Origin: Thermoanaerobaculia bacterium
GTDB taxonomy: Bacteria; Acidobacteriota; Thermoanaerobaculia; Gp7-AA8
Direction of reading: 5' to 3'
NCBI GenBank assembly: GCA_038244715.1
Contig: JBBRTE010000016.1
Location: forward strand, 13,212 to 77,211
Length of the DNA: 64,000 nucleotides
Of this stretch, positions 18,176 to 28,219 are shown piece by piece; the stretch's first letter is position 1, and every line of letters starts with the position of its first letter. Position numbers and translations under genes: made by a program. Below the pieces are notes generated by a model that saw only the letters and a program-made list of their open reading frames with translations, made no database searches and had not been told where the DNA came from.

Positions 18176-19531
18176 CTACCAGGTCGCGATCTCTCCCACG
18201 ATCGCGTCGATCGCACGCGACACCTGGGACGACTCCGCGGTGTGGTGGTTGACGATGATCGAGAAGTAGCGGTGCGTGCCGTCGGGTGACGAGAGCATGC
18301 CGCTCAGCGCACTGACGCCGTTGATCGTGCCGGTCTTGCCGCGCAGACGATCCGCGAAGGGCAGGAGGCGCCGGCGCAGCGTCCCCTCTTCGCCCGGACG
18401 CGCCATCATCATCGACCAGATCGCCCGGCGCGACGGATCGTTGGCCCAGCGAAGGATCGAGACCACTGCGTGCGGCGTGACGAGATCATCCGGAGAGAGG
18501 CCCGATCCATCCACGAATCGAAACTCGGAACCGGCGATGCCCGCTTCCGTCGTCAGAAAGTTGCGCTCGATGTCTTCGGACGCGTCGTACGAAGCGGGCT
18601 GCGTGCCGCCGGCGGAGAGACCCTTGAACAACATTTCCGCGTAGAGGTTCTGGCTCGGCTTCAGAACGACAGAGAGCAATTGCCAGAGCGCCGGCGATTC
18701 GATGACCGCGATCTTCTCGGTCCAGACGTGCGGCGCTGTGTTGACCACGCTCGTGCCGGTGACAGCGATTCCGGCGTGTCGTAGCGCGTCCGCCAGAGCC
18801 TGCGCTGCGTAGCGCGCAGGATCGGCGATTCCCGCCAATGTCTGGAAATGCTCGGGCATCCCGCCGGTGACCGAAAGCGCGTTGGAGGAATCCGACCGAA
18901 CGAACGACTCACCGTCGCCACAGCGGACCGATGCCGTCGCCACAACGAATGCAGGATCGGTTACCAGGACCGGCGTCGCGCAGTGATCTGCCACGATGCC
19001 GGCGACGTTCTCGTTGTACGCAAGCGCGTCGGTGGGCGTGGCGTAGTCGCTGCCGAGGTTGCCGACTTTCCAGGTGCCGGGGATGGTGGTGCGATCAAAG
19101 AGCGAGACGTCAGCGATCACATCGTGCACTGTCGTGATCCGACGAGACCTCAATGCCGCCACGAAGGGCGAGAACAACGCGTCGCGGTCGAAGGTCCAGC
19201 GCCCTCCGAGAGAGGGGTCGCCGCCGCCGCGGATGACGAGGTCCTCACCCTGGAGCCAGAGTTCGGTCGGGATCCGCCGGTCCAGACCTGCGCACGAGGC
19301 AATCGTCGCCGCCGCGAAGAGCTTCCGGTTCGAGGCGGGAGTCAGCAGTGTGCGTTCGTTGCGCGCGTAGACGGTCTTGCCTGCGTCGTCGACGATGTCG
19401 ATCCCCCAGATCGCACCGGCCAGCTCCGGCGTGGACGTGATCGCCGCGATGCGCTGCGCCAGATCCGGCTGGATCGGGGTCGTTGCGCAACCGGCCAGCG
19501 CGAATGCGGCCAGCAACAGTTCTCTACGCAA
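18176..19531 (-). CDS. dacB: D-alanyl-D-alanine carboxypeptidase/endopeptidase, PBP4 family (peptidase S13)
   Basis: Lipoprotein-like signal, SNRKL (SxxK-like) active-site region, and overall PBP4 architecture. Confidence 0.75.
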   Translation of the reverse strand: MRRELLLAAFALAGCATTPIQPDLAQRIAAITSTPELAGAIWGIDIVDDAGKTVYARNERTLLTPASNRKLFAAATIASCAGLDRRIPTELWLQGEDLVIRGGGDPSLGGRWTFDRDALFSPFVAALRSRRITTVHDVIADVSLFDRTTIPGTWKVGNLGSDYATPTDALAYNENVAGIVADHCATPVLVTDPAFVVATASVRCGDGESFVRSDSSNALSVTGGMPEHFQTLAGIADPARYAAQALADALRHAGIAVTGTSVVNTAPHVWTEKIAVIESPALWQLLSVVLKPSQNLYAEMLFKGLSAGGTQPASYDASEDIERNFLTTEAGIAGSEFRFVDGSGLSPDDLVTPHAVVSILRWANDPSRRAIWSMMMARPGEEGTLRRRLLPFADRLRGKTGTINGVSALSGMLSSPDGTHRYFSIIVNHHTAESSQVSRAIDAIVGEIATW

Positions 19532-20486
19532 AGGTCATCTCCTCACCTTCCGGCGATGCCTCGAGATTTTGATGCAGCGCCGCGAGCATCGGGTTGAAAT
19601 CGAGTGACGGGAAGCGCGAGTGGAGGCGGCGTGCCGCGGCGTGCCCTTTCAGACACGCGCCGTAATCACGGGCAAAGTCATAGACCGGCGGAGACTGCGA
19701 CGCGGCGTCCGCGTCTTCCGGCGAAACGGCCTCCACCGATGAGAGATGAGCCGAAACGCGCTCGATCACCGACTCCAGGCACGTCTGCTCCGCCGCATCG
19801 AAAAGAAACAGCGCATGCGCACTGTCGAGATCGCCGCCGTTCGCCGCGACGTTTGCCGCAAGGCGCCGGCAGAGCGACTCCGAATCGGCGACGTTCCGCG
19901 TTGGAGACTCCCCGTCATCGCGAACACCACCCAGCGCGACCATCTCCCAAACACCCACCCGGAGCATCGCGTATCTCCCCTGCCCGCCGAGCAGCGCGGC
20001 CAGGCGTAGCGCAGCATTGCCGACGATGAGCGCGTGGCCGAGGTCGTGGAACGCGTCGGTTGCGACCGTGAGGTAGTCGTGCTGGAAGTCGTCGTCCAGG
20101 AAGCGCTTGGCCAGCCACCGTTCGGCACGCAGGCGGTCGCGGGTGGCAATGGCCTCGCGCAACTCCTGAATGTCGCCGCGCTGACCGGGATCCGGTTCCG
20201 GCGGATCGAGAATCGGAGGCTCGCTCCACGGCTGACGGCTCGACGCCGCATAGAGCGCGCATTTCGTGACGGCAGCATCGAAGCGCGCGCCCAGCGCATC
20301 GCGAAGGTCCCACGTCGAGAGGCAGGCCAGCAGCGCGTGCTTCGAATGCTGTGAGGGCGCGAACGCCAGCACGGCGAAGCGCGTCACTGCCGTCCAGGTC
20401 TCTTCTGCACTGTGATCGGATCGGAACGCCGCCACCGCCGCCGGAATCGCGTTGAGATCGCGTTCGATGAGAGGCTCGAAGTTCAT
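19524..20486 (-). CDS. hypothetical protein
   Basis: 320-aa ORF with coding-like composition, overlapping the dacB start by 8 nt. No recognisable motif. Confidence 0.45.
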   Translation of the reverse strand: MNFEPLIERDLNAIPAAVAAFRSDHSAEETWTAVTRFAVLAFAPSQHSKHALLACLSTWDLRDALGARFDAAVTKCALYAASSRQPWSEPPILDPPEPDPGQRGDIQELREAIATRDRLRAERWLAKRFLDDDFQHDYLTVATDAFHDLGHALIVGNAALRLAALLGGQGRYAMLRVGVWEMVALGGVRDDGESPTRNVADSESLCRRLAANVAANGGDLDSAHALFLFDAAEQTCLESVIERVSAHLSSVEAVSPEDADAASQSPPVYDFARDYGACLKGHAAARRLHSRFPSLDFNPMLAALHQNLEASPEGEEMTFA

Positions 20487-20517
20487 CGCTGGAAGGACTT
20501 CGCCGCCGCGCTCCAGA

Positions 20518-20811
20518 TTACTTGTGTTTCTTCACGGGAGGCTTGGAGACCGGCGGAGTCGCTGCGGTCGCGGTCTTCGCCGCGGTTCCGTTCGTGAGTC
20601 CGCCACCCTCCGCCTCCGAGCGCCCATCTTCCACGTCGACGGTCTGCGTCACGGCATCTCCGCCGTTCACCGTAGGCTGGCCGGCGGCGGGAGCGATCGT
20701 CTGGGTGGTCGGTGCTGTCCCGGACGCGGACGACGACTTGCCTTTGCGGCAGGCCGTGGAAAGCACGATCGTCAGCGCGATCAGGAGCAGAAGCGTGACT
20801 TGTTTTTTCAC
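20518..20811 (-). CDS. small lipoprotein
   Basis: MKKQVTLLLLIALTIVLSTAC lipobox signal, followed by low-complexity Thr/Ala/Gly-rich mature region. Confidence 0.45.
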   Translation of the reverse strand: MKKQVTLLLLIALTIVLSTACRKGKSSSASGTAPTTQTIAPAAGQPTVNGGDAVTQTVDVEDGRSEAEGGGLTNGTAAKTATAATPPVSKPPVKKHK

Positions 20812-20895
20812 GAATACCTCATCGATTGGTGGTCAACGCCGGATTCCCGCCACCATGCAATTTCCCTGACAGGATTCGCTTACAATGCGCCCCCC

Positions 20896-22509
20896 ATGGA
20901 CGCGCGAAAGCGAATCGGTGTTTTCGGCTGGGGCGTCGTCGCGCCGAAGTCTCCCGACATCGAAACCTTTGAGCGCAATCTCGAGCGCCCCGACAGCTGG
21001 CTCTCCCCATTTCAAGGATTTGGTCCGTCAAATTTCCTGGTCGGTTACCCGGAGTTCGACTTCGAAACGTACCACGATTGGTTCGACCAGCGATTCCCGC
21101 CGGCGAAGTTCTCCCAGCTCAAAGACAAGATGGGACCGATGGTTCTGTCGTGCATTGGTGCCTTCATTCAGTCCCTCAAACAAAACCCCGGCATCGAGCA
21201 ATACCTCCACGCCCTCGGCACTCAGGCCCACGTATACATCGGCACCGGCCTTGGCGAGATCACCATCACCGCGGCAGAGACGCTCGCGTACGACCGCGCC
21301 TTCCGCAAGTGGAACGAGTTCTGGGCCGCGCCGGAGCGCTGTGCGCCGCTGCGCGCACACCGCGAGGGTTCTCCCGATTCGGATGCGCCTCCCGACCCGC
21401 AGCGGCTCACGATCGGCTCCGAGAATTGGATCGACGCGAAGCACGCCTGGGAGGCGTATTGGGCGGGCCGTAGCGATGATCTCGCCGTTTACCTCAAGGA
21501 AGCAGCGGAGATTCAGTCGGAGCCTGTGCCGCCCTCGTCCGGTTCGGCGAAGCTCAGCACGATCCGCCAGAAGCTGAGCAGGATTCGCGCGTTAAACAAG
21601 AAGTGGGGGTGTCCCGACGAGCCGTGGGCAGCCGTCTCGCCCAATCTCCTCTGGAACATCGCCAACATCGCCGCGTCACAGGTCTCGATGATCGGCCGCA
21701 TCGTCGGACCGGCCTTCGCACCCGTCGCGGCGTGTGCCTCTTTCGGAATCGCGCTGAAGATGGCGATCGACGCGATCCAGCTCGGCGAAGCGAAAGCCGT
21801 CGTCGTCGGCATGACCGATCCCCCACCGCACCCGATCGTCATCTCCGCGTTCTACAACGCGAACGTGCTCTCCGCGGACGCCGATGTCTCGCGTCCCCTG
21901 ACGGCGATGAAAGGAACGCACATCGCCGGCGGCTCCTGCGTCTGGATCGTCGGCGATGCCGAGGAGTTGATGGCGCGGGGATTTCGTCCCGTCGGGATGG
22001 AGATCGTCGGCGTCGGCACGTCCTCGGACGCGCATCACATCATCACGCCGTCGAAAGGCGGGCCGCAGCTGGCGATGAAACAGGCGATGGAGACCATGGA
22101 ATCCGCCGATGTCACGACGTGGGACATGCACGCCACCGCAACACCAGGCGACGCTACCGAGATCGCCAACTCGCTGGAGTTGCTCCATCCCGGCGTGCTC
22201 TTCACGGCGCGCAAGGGAACGTTCGGACACGGCATGTCCGTCGGCGGCGGCTGGGAGCTCACCGCTCAGCACCTCGGCATGGCCAAAGGCCGTCTCTATC
22301 CCGTTCCGCTGTCTGAAGGGGAGATGCACGAAGACGTGCGGCTCCAGGACGCGAAATTCGTCTCGAACCTCGGCTGCAGCATCACCGGCCGCGGCTACAG
22401 CGGCAAGCTGAGCATGGGCGTCGGCGGCATCAACTCCTGCGTGATCAGCAGGCCGTGGGACGACGCATTCGTCGATGAGCACATAGCGTCCCCGGCAGCG
22501 ACGGGTTGA
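20896..22509 (+). CDS. beta-ketoacyl synthase family protein (KAS I/II-like)
   Basis: Active-site Cys region AACASFGIA, and His regions HHIITPS / GHGMSVGGG typical of the KAS Cys-His-His triad. Confidence 0.8.
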   Translation: MDARKRIGVFGWGVVAPKSPDIETFERNLERPDSWLSPFQGFGPSNFLVGYPEFDFETYHDWFDQRFPPAKFSQLKDKMGPMVLSCIGAFIQSLKQNPGIEQYLHALGTQAHVYIGTGLGEITITAAETLAYDRAFRKWNEFWAAPERCAPLRAHREGSPDSDAPPDPQRLTIGSENWIDAKHAWEAYWAGRSDDLAVYLKEAAEIQSEPVPPSSGSAKLSTIRQKLSRIRALNKKWGCPDEPWAAVSPNLLWNIANIAASQVSMIGRIVGPAFAPVAACASFGIALKMAIDAIQLGEAKAVVVGMTDPPPHPIVISAFYNANVLSADADVSRPLTAMKGTHIAGGSCVWIVGDAEELMARGFRPVGMEIVGVGTSSDAHHIITPSKGGPQLAMKQAMETMESADVTTWDMHATATPGDATEIANSLELLHPGVLFTARKGTFGHGMSVGGGWELTAQHLGMAKGRLYPVPLSEGEMHEDVRLQDAKFVSNLGCSITGRGYSGKLSMGVGGINSCVISRPWDDAFVDEHIASPAATG

Positions 22510-22638
22510 CGCAAAGAGTTTCGACATTCCTTCCGCTCAAGCACCCGCCGGCGAGGCCGCCGGCGCCCCACTTGAGCTTGCGGGCCGCGCCCGAGGAAAA
22601 CCCGGAATGCCCCGCCCGGAAAACGCCTTATACAGCGA

Positions 22639-22656
22639 ACTGACCGAACGGTCAGT
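22639..22656. promoter_or_regulatory. perfect 18-bp palindrome ACTGACCGAACGGTCAGT, putative repressor operator upstream of efflux operon
   Basis: 8-bp perfect arms separated by AA, immediately after a TATACA -10-like hexamer and ~50 bp upstream of the tolC-like start. Confidence 0.35.
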
Positions 22657-22703
22657 CGGTGCTGGCGAAGCTATTGCAGCCCGAGGCCGAGGCATTTTTA
22701 CGC

Positions 22704-24023
22704 ATGCTGTCGAAACGACTTTCTCTCCTTCTCGTCGCGGCCACCCTGAGTGCCACCGCACACGCGGAACCGCTCAAGCTCTCTCTCACCGACGCCATCC
22801 GCATGGCCCTCGGCAACGGGACGCAGGCTGAGCTGGCGCGCTCCAATGAGCAGATGGCGCGCATCGCACGTTCCGAGGCGTTCAGCGCACTCCTGCCGCA
22901 GGCGGACGCGCGGCTGTTGCGCTACAACCAGTCGATCAACCTCGCCACGTTCGGCTTCTCGCTACCCGGTCAGCCGCCGGTCGTCGGTCCGTTCAACGTC
23001 ACCGACGCGCAGCTCGAAGCCGCCGTGCAGGTCTTCAACCTGGCGGCGCTGCGGCGTTACGAAGCGCTCAAGAGCAGCGTGAACGCCAGTCACTTCGAGA
23101 GCGAGCGGGCGGAGAACGATGTCGCCGCGGCGGTGGCACGCCTCTATCTCGTCACTCAGCGCGCGCAGACGCAGATCGCGTCGCGCGAGGCCGACGTCGC
23201 GCTCTTCACGCGCCTGCTCCAGACCACGCAGGATGAGCTCAAGGCCGGCACCGGCACGCGCCTCGACGTTGCACAATCCAGTGTGCAACTGGCGCGCGCC
23301 CGCCAGGCGCTGCTCGCCGCGCAGAACGACCGCCAGAACGCCTCGCTAGCCCTCCTGAACGCCATCGGTGCCGACCAGTCGAACGAGGTCATCATCACCG
23401 ACAACTCCCCCGTCCCCACCACCGTCCCCGAGGTTCCCGCCTCGCTGGTCAGTGCACGCGCGCAGCGTCCGGAGCTCAAGGAAGCGGAGTCGCAGGAGCT
23501 CGCCGCACGCCTCACGGTCGATGCGGCCAAAGCCCGCATGCTGCCCTCCGTGTCGTTCGACTTCGTCGGCGACGTGAGCGGCAACCGCACCACCGACATG
23601 CACTGGACGCGACGCATCGCCGCCAACCTCGGCGTCCCGATCTTTCACGCCGACATCAACGCCAACATCGCCCGGGCGAAGGTGCAGCTCCACGATGCCC
23701 AGACCCGCCGCGAGCAGATCGGGCGCGATGTCGAGCAGGACGTCCGCCGCTCGCTGATGACGCTGCAGAACGCGGAGTCGCGCGTCGGCGTCGCCACCGA
23801 GACCGTTCAGGTCGCCCAGGAGGCGCTGACGGTCGCGCGCGATCGACGGTCTGCAGGATACGGAACGCCGGTCGAAGTCGATCGCGCGCAGGACGTCTAT
23901 CGTCAGGCACACGAGGATCTCATCGCTGCCCAGGCCGACGCGTCTGCCGCGCAGTTCGAATACGAGCACGCCACCGGCGGCATCCGCCGCTACATGACAA
24001 TCACGGCCGGAGAACATCCGTGA
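22704..24023 (+). CDS. TolC family outer membrane efflux protein
   Basis: Signal peptide MLSKRLSLLLVAATLSATAHA, then two tandem TolC-type coiled-coil/beta-barrel repeats. Confidence 0.8.
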   Translation: MLSKRLSLLLVAATLSATAHAEPLKLSLTDAIRMALGNGTQAELARSNEQMARIARSEAFSALLPQADARLLRYNQSINLATFGFSLPGQPPVVGPFNVTDAQLEAAVQVFNLAALRRYEALKSSVNASHFESERAENDVAAAVARLYLVTQRAQTQIASREADVALFTRLLQTTQDELKAGTGTRLDVAQSSVQLARARQALLAAQNDRQNASLALLNAIGADQSNEVIITDNSPVPTTVPEVPASLVSARAQRPELKEAESQELAARLTVDAAKARMLPSVSFDFVGDVSGNRTTDMHWTRRIAANLGVPIFHADINANIARAKVQLHDAQTRREQIGRDVEQDVRRSLMTLQNAESRVGVATETVQVAQEALTVARDRRSAGYGTPVEVDRAQDVYRQAHEDLIAAQADASAAQFEYEHATGGIRRYMTITAGEHP

Positions 24024-25648
24024 GCTCTGCCGTAGCAACGATGGGCGCCGCCGGGACGTTCACGGCGCGTCCGGAACGGAAGCCGGTCAACAAGTGGCTG
24101 GTGACGGTCTCGATCACCTTCGGCACGCTGATGGGAGCGATCGACGCATCCATCGTCAACGTGGCCGTCCCTCACCTCACCGGCTCCCTCGGCGTCACGA
24201 TCGAGCAGATCACGTGGGTTACGACCGGCTTCGTGATCGCTACGGTCATGGTTATGCCGCTGACCGGATTCCTGGCGCGCCTCTTCGGACAGAAGCGTGT
24301 CTACATGGTCTGCCTGCTGCTCTTCATCGTCGGCTCCGCGCTCTGCGGCATGGCCCGCACGCTGCCGATGCTCGTCTTCTTCCGCATCCTTCAGGGTCTG
24401 GGTGCCGGGGCGTTGCAGCCGACCGAGCAGGCCATTCTCCGGCAGACGTTTCCGCCAAAAGAACAAGGGATGGCGATGGCGCTCTTCGGCATGGCTGTCG
24501 TCCTCGGACCGGCGTTCGGTCCGACGCTCGGCGGTTACATCGTCGACAACTACTCCTGGCCGTGGATCTTCTTCATCAACATTCCGGTCGGTATCGTCTC
24601 GCTCATCATGGTCTCTCGTTTCGTGCACGAGCCGGAGGAGGTCCGCGCCGCGATGCACACCATGGCAGAGCGCCAGAAGAAAAACATGGACTGGGGTGGT
24701 ATCGCCCTCCTCTTCCTCGGTCTCGGCACCATGCAATACGTGCTCGAGGAGGGCAACCGCAACGACTGGTTCCAGTCCGGCGAGATCAAGATCATCTCCC
24801 TCGTCGCACTGGTCTCACTGGTCGCGCTCGTGATCCGCGAGTTGAGCGCGCGGGTGCCCGCTGTCGATTTGTCGCTCTTCAAGGACGTGGTGTTCACGTC
24901 CGGCACGCTGATCGGCGCGGTGATGTTCGCGATGCTGATGGCCATCACGTTCCTCCTCCCGCTCTTCATGCAGATCCTCCTCGGCTTTACGGCCACGCAA
25001 TCGGGGATCGCGCTCATGCCTCGAAGTCTGACCATGCTGGTGGTGATGCCGATCATCGGCAGGATCTACAACAAGGTGTCGCCGCGGCTCGTCGTCGGCT
25101 TCGGGATCGTCCTGTTCGCGTACACGGCGTGGCAGATGGGTCACTACACGCTGGCGACGTCGCGTAACGACATCATCCAGGTCCTCATCATCCAGGGCAT
25201 CGCCTTCAGCTGTCTCTTCATCCCGCTGACGACGATGGCCTTGAGCACGATCCCGAGGCATCGCCTCTCCGACGCCACGGGACTCAACTCACTGTTGCGG
25301 CAGACGGGCGGATCGATGGGCCTGGCCGTCTTCGCGACGCTGCTCTCGCGTTACGCCACCCGCGCCCGGGCCGACATGCTTCCCCATTTCAGCATGGCCT
25401 CGCCGGCGATGGCGGCACGTGTGGCCGGCATTCAACGGATGATGCAGGCGCGCGGCATCGACGCCTTTGCAGCACGGCAGGCCACCATCACCATGATCGA
25501 CGGCCAGCTACGACGGCAGGCCATGATGATCTCGTTCGAAAAACTCTTTTACCTGTCAGGAATCCTCTTTCTCTGCGTCCTTCCGCTCGTCTTCTTCCTG
25601 AAGATGCCGAAGAACACCGAGAAGATTGACGTTCATGTGGAGATGTAA
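24020..25648 (+). CDS. MFS transporter, DHA2 (EmrB/QacA) family, 14-TM drug efflux
   Basis: GTG start overlapping the TolC stop. MFS motifs GxLaDrfGrkr-like (ARLFGQKRV) and a central loop typical of 14-TM DHA2. Confidence 0.9.
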   Translation: MSSAVATMGAAGTFTARPERKPVNKWLVTVSITFGTLMGAIDASIVNVAVPHLTGSLGVTIEQITWVTTGFVIATVMVMPLTGFLARLFGQKRVYMVCLLLFIVGSALCGMARTLPMLVFFRILQGLGAGALQPTEQAILRQTFPPKEQGMAMALFGMAVVLGPAFGPTLGGYIVDNYSWPWIFFINIPVGIVSLIMVSRFVHEPEEVRAAMHTMAERQKKNMDWGGIALLFLGLGTMQYVLEEGNRNDWFQSGEIKIISLVALVSLVALVIRELSARVPAVDLSLFKDVVFTSGTLIGAVMFAMLMAITFLLPLFMQILLGFTATQSGIALMPRSLTMLVVMPIIGRIYNKVSPRLVVGFGIVLFAYTAWQMGHYTLATSRNDIIQVLIIQGIAFSCLFIPLTTMALSTIPRHRLSDATGLNSLLRQTGGSMGLAVFATLLSRYATRARADMLPHFSMASPAMAARVAGIQRMMQARGIDAFAARQATITMIDGQLRRQAMMISFEKLFYLSGILFLCVLPLVFFLKMPKNTEKIDVHVEM

Positions 25649-26875
25649 ATGACGACGACGGAAACCACTGCGCCGGCAATGCCGGACATCGCCGAGCACG
25701 AGCCGGCCATCGGCGCCTCCAGGGCGAAACGAATCTATTTCATCATCGGAGCTGCCGTGCTCCTGCTGCTGATCGGTTACGCGATCTACGCCTTTGCAGC
25801 CGCGGGCAAGGAAGTGACCGATGACGCGCAGATCTCGGCGGACATCGTTCCGGTCGCAGCACGTGTCGCCGGCCAGGTCACGGCCGTCTACATCACGGAG
25901 AATCAGCCGGTGAAGGCCGGCCAGCCGGTCGCGGACCTCGATCCATCCGATGCCCAGGTCAAACTGGCCCAGGCCGAAGGCGATCTGCAGACGGCGGAAG
26001 CGCAGGCGGCGGATGCCAATGCGCGAACGGCCGTGACTTCGGCCACCGCGCGCGGTGCGCTCACCTCCGCGGAGGGCGCCTTGCAGAGCTCGAAGGAAAG
26101 CGTCGACAGCTCCGCGGCGTCGATCACCGAGGCGCGGGCGGCGGTCTCGCGGGCATCGGCGAATGCGCAGAAGGCACGCCTCGACTTTCAGCGTGCCGAG
26201 GAGCTCGGCGGCAAGGGCGACATCTCACGGGCGCAGGTCGACGCGGCCCGTGCCGCGCACGAATCCGCCGACGCCGATGTGGCGCAGGCGCAGGCGCGCC
26301 TGATCGTCAGCAAGAACGCGCGTCAGGCCGCGCAGGCCAATGTGCAGACTGCACAGGGACGTGTGCAACAGAGCGCGCCCGTGCAGGAGCAGATCAACGC
26401 CGCCCGGGCGCAGGCCCGCCTCGCTCATGCACGCGTGACGACCGCTCAGGCCGCGCTGCACGCCGCCCAGATCAATCTGTCGTACACGAAGATCATCGCG
26501 CCACGCGACGGCATCGCCTCCAAACTCGGAGTCCATCCCGGATCGTACGTTACGGCCGGCATGCCGATCTTCCAGCTCGTCCCGAAGACGACCTACATCC
26601 AGGCGAACTTCAAAGAGACGCAGATGACCGACGTGCACCCCGGCCAGCGCGCCACGATCCGCGTCGACGCCCTCGGCCGCAAAGACTTCGAAGGAAAAGT
26701 GGAGAGCCTGTCCGGTGGCACGGGCGCGTCGTTCTCGTTGCTGCCACCAGACAACGCGTCCGGCAATTTCGTCAAGGTCGTGCAGCGTGTCCCGGTCCGG
26801 ATTTCCTGGAGCGGTCCACCCGCCGACCAGGTCCCGGTCGGTTCATCGGCCGAGGTGACGGTCTACACGAAGTAG
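25649..26875 (+). CDS. HlyD/EmrA family membrane fusion protein
   Basis: Single N-terminal TM, long coiled-coil (Ala/Gln-rich), C-terminal beta domain. Immediately follows the MFS pump. Confidence 0.85.
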   Translation: MTTTETTAPAMPDIAEHEPAIGASRAKRIYFIIGAAVLLLLIGYAIYAFAAAGKEVTDDAQISADIVPVAARVAGQVTAVYITENQPVKAGQPVADLDPSDAQVKLAQAEGDLQTAEAQAADANARTAVTSATARGALTSAEGALQSSKESVDSSAASITEARAAVSRASANAQKARLDFQRAEELGGKGDISRAQVDAARAAHESADADVAQAQARLIVSKNARQAAQANVQTAQGRVQQSAPVQEQINAARAQARLAHARVTTAQAALHAAQINLSYTKIIAPRDGIASKLGVHPGSYVTAGMPIFQLVPKTTYIQANFKETQMTDVHPGQRATIRVDALGRKDFEGKVESLSGGTGASFSLLPPDNASGNFVKVVQRVPVRISWSGPPADQVPVGSSAEVTVYTK

Positions 26876-27034
26876 CGTAGCGCCAGCGGCCCGCTGGCTG
26901 GAGCGCTGCCGGCCCGGCGGCGCGAGGTTGATGAGCCGCTCCACCCCAGGTAGAGAATCCACCCTCGCGCCCGCTCCGTCCTACAATCTCCTCCTCGCCC
27001 CCCGACAATGGATTCGAAAAGAGGAGATAGAACG

Positions 27035-27637
27035 ATGCGCTACAGAATTCTCGCTGCCACGGTCCTGATCGCGTTCACCGCCACGCTCACATTCGCTGCC
27101 GACGATCCAAAGACGAAACCAACCGCCCAGGACCAGGCGATGATGGCCGCCTGGATGAAGGCCATGACTCCCGGCGAGCCGCACAAGAAACTCGCAGCGA
27201 TGGCCGGAACTTTCGACACCACGGTCAAGATGTGGATGAAACCCGGCGCCCCCCCGACGGAAGGGACCGGCGTCTCCACGAACTCCCTGGCACTGGACGG
27301 ACGCTGGCTCGAACAGCACTTCACCGGCACGTTCATGGGCATGCCGTTCACCGGCATTGGCTACACGGGCTACGACAACATCAAACAGAAATACGTCGGC
27401 ACCTGGATGGACAACATGACGACGGCGGTCATGAACACGACCGGCGCGGCCAGCGCCGACGGCAAGTCCTACACCTTCACGTCGACGATGGACGACCCCA
27501 TGACCGGCAAGTCCACCCCGGTGAAGGAAACGCTCACCGTCACCGACGCCGACCACCAGACCCTCGAGATGTGGGGCGCGGGACCGGATGGAAAGATGTT
27601 CAAGATGATGGAGATCGTGTACTCGCGGAAGAAGTAG
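27035..27637 (+). CDS. DUF1579 domain secreted protein
   Basis: AAGAGGAG RBS. Signal peptide MRYRILAATVLIAFTATLTFA. GTW..M..G..F.G pattern consistent with DUF1579. Confidence 0.55.
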   Translation: MRYRILAATVLIAFTATLTFAADDPKTKPTAQDQAMMAAWMKAMTPGEPHKKLAAMAGTFDTTVKMWMKPGAPPTEGTGVSTNSLALDGRWLEQHFTGTFMGMPFTGIGYTGYDNIKQKYVGTWMDNMTTAVMNTTGAASADGKSYTFTSTMDDPMTGKSTPVKETLTVTDADHQTLEMWGAGPDGKMFKMMEIVYSRKK

Positions 27638-27814
27638 CCTCTCGTTCGGCATCCGGGCGCTTCTGTCCCGCTCCCGTCTGCGCAGACCGGGGCGCCTGGA
27701 TGACGTCACTCCGCGACGGCCAGCTGCCGGTTCCCTGTCTCACTCGCCGCGAGGATCTCGTCCGCGGCGGAGGGTCCGATGCGGTCGTGGCCTTGCGCAG
27801 ATCGACCGTTCCAC

Positions 27815-28219
27815 TCACGGGTGCGCAGATCCCGCGCGGATGATTCCTCCTACGAGCGTTGTGGAACCACCCTTTTCGCTTCGCGTGAATCCCGCGTTGT
27901 ACTGATGGTCGCGCTCGAAGGTCCAGCTTCCGCCAAATCCGTCGGTCGTCGGGTCGGAGAGCGTTCCCTTCACGTCATAGGTGCCGGGTGCAATCGTTCG
28001 CGTCTGGCTCTTGCCGGGCATGATGGCAAACTGCACCATCACCGGTCCCTTCAGCTCCACGGACAGGCCGAACGATGTGTTGTTCTGCAGTGTCAACATC
28101 GTCCCTTCCGCGACCGTCCCCAACGCGTGGCCGCCGCTCTTCTGATACAGCCAATAGCCTCCGGCCAGCACCGCGGCGACGACGATCAACATCATCAGGA
28201 GCGATAGAAGCGATTTCAT
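27815..28219 (-). CDS. hypothetical exported/membrane-anchored protein
   Basis: N-terminal TM/signal MKSLLSLLMMLIVVAAVLAGG. Overlaps the next gene by 4 nt. Confidence 0.45.
   Translation of the reverse strand: MKSLLSLLMMLIVVAAVLAGGYWLYQKSGGHALGTVAEGTMLTLQNNTSFGLSVELKGPVMVQFAIMPGKSQTRTIAPGTYDVKGTLSDPTTDGFGGSWTFERDHQYNAGFTRSEKGGSTTLVGGIIRAGSAHP

Noticed and set aside
21676-22527. 283-aa minus-strand ORF
   Set aside because: Antisense to the beta-ketoacyl synthase gene.
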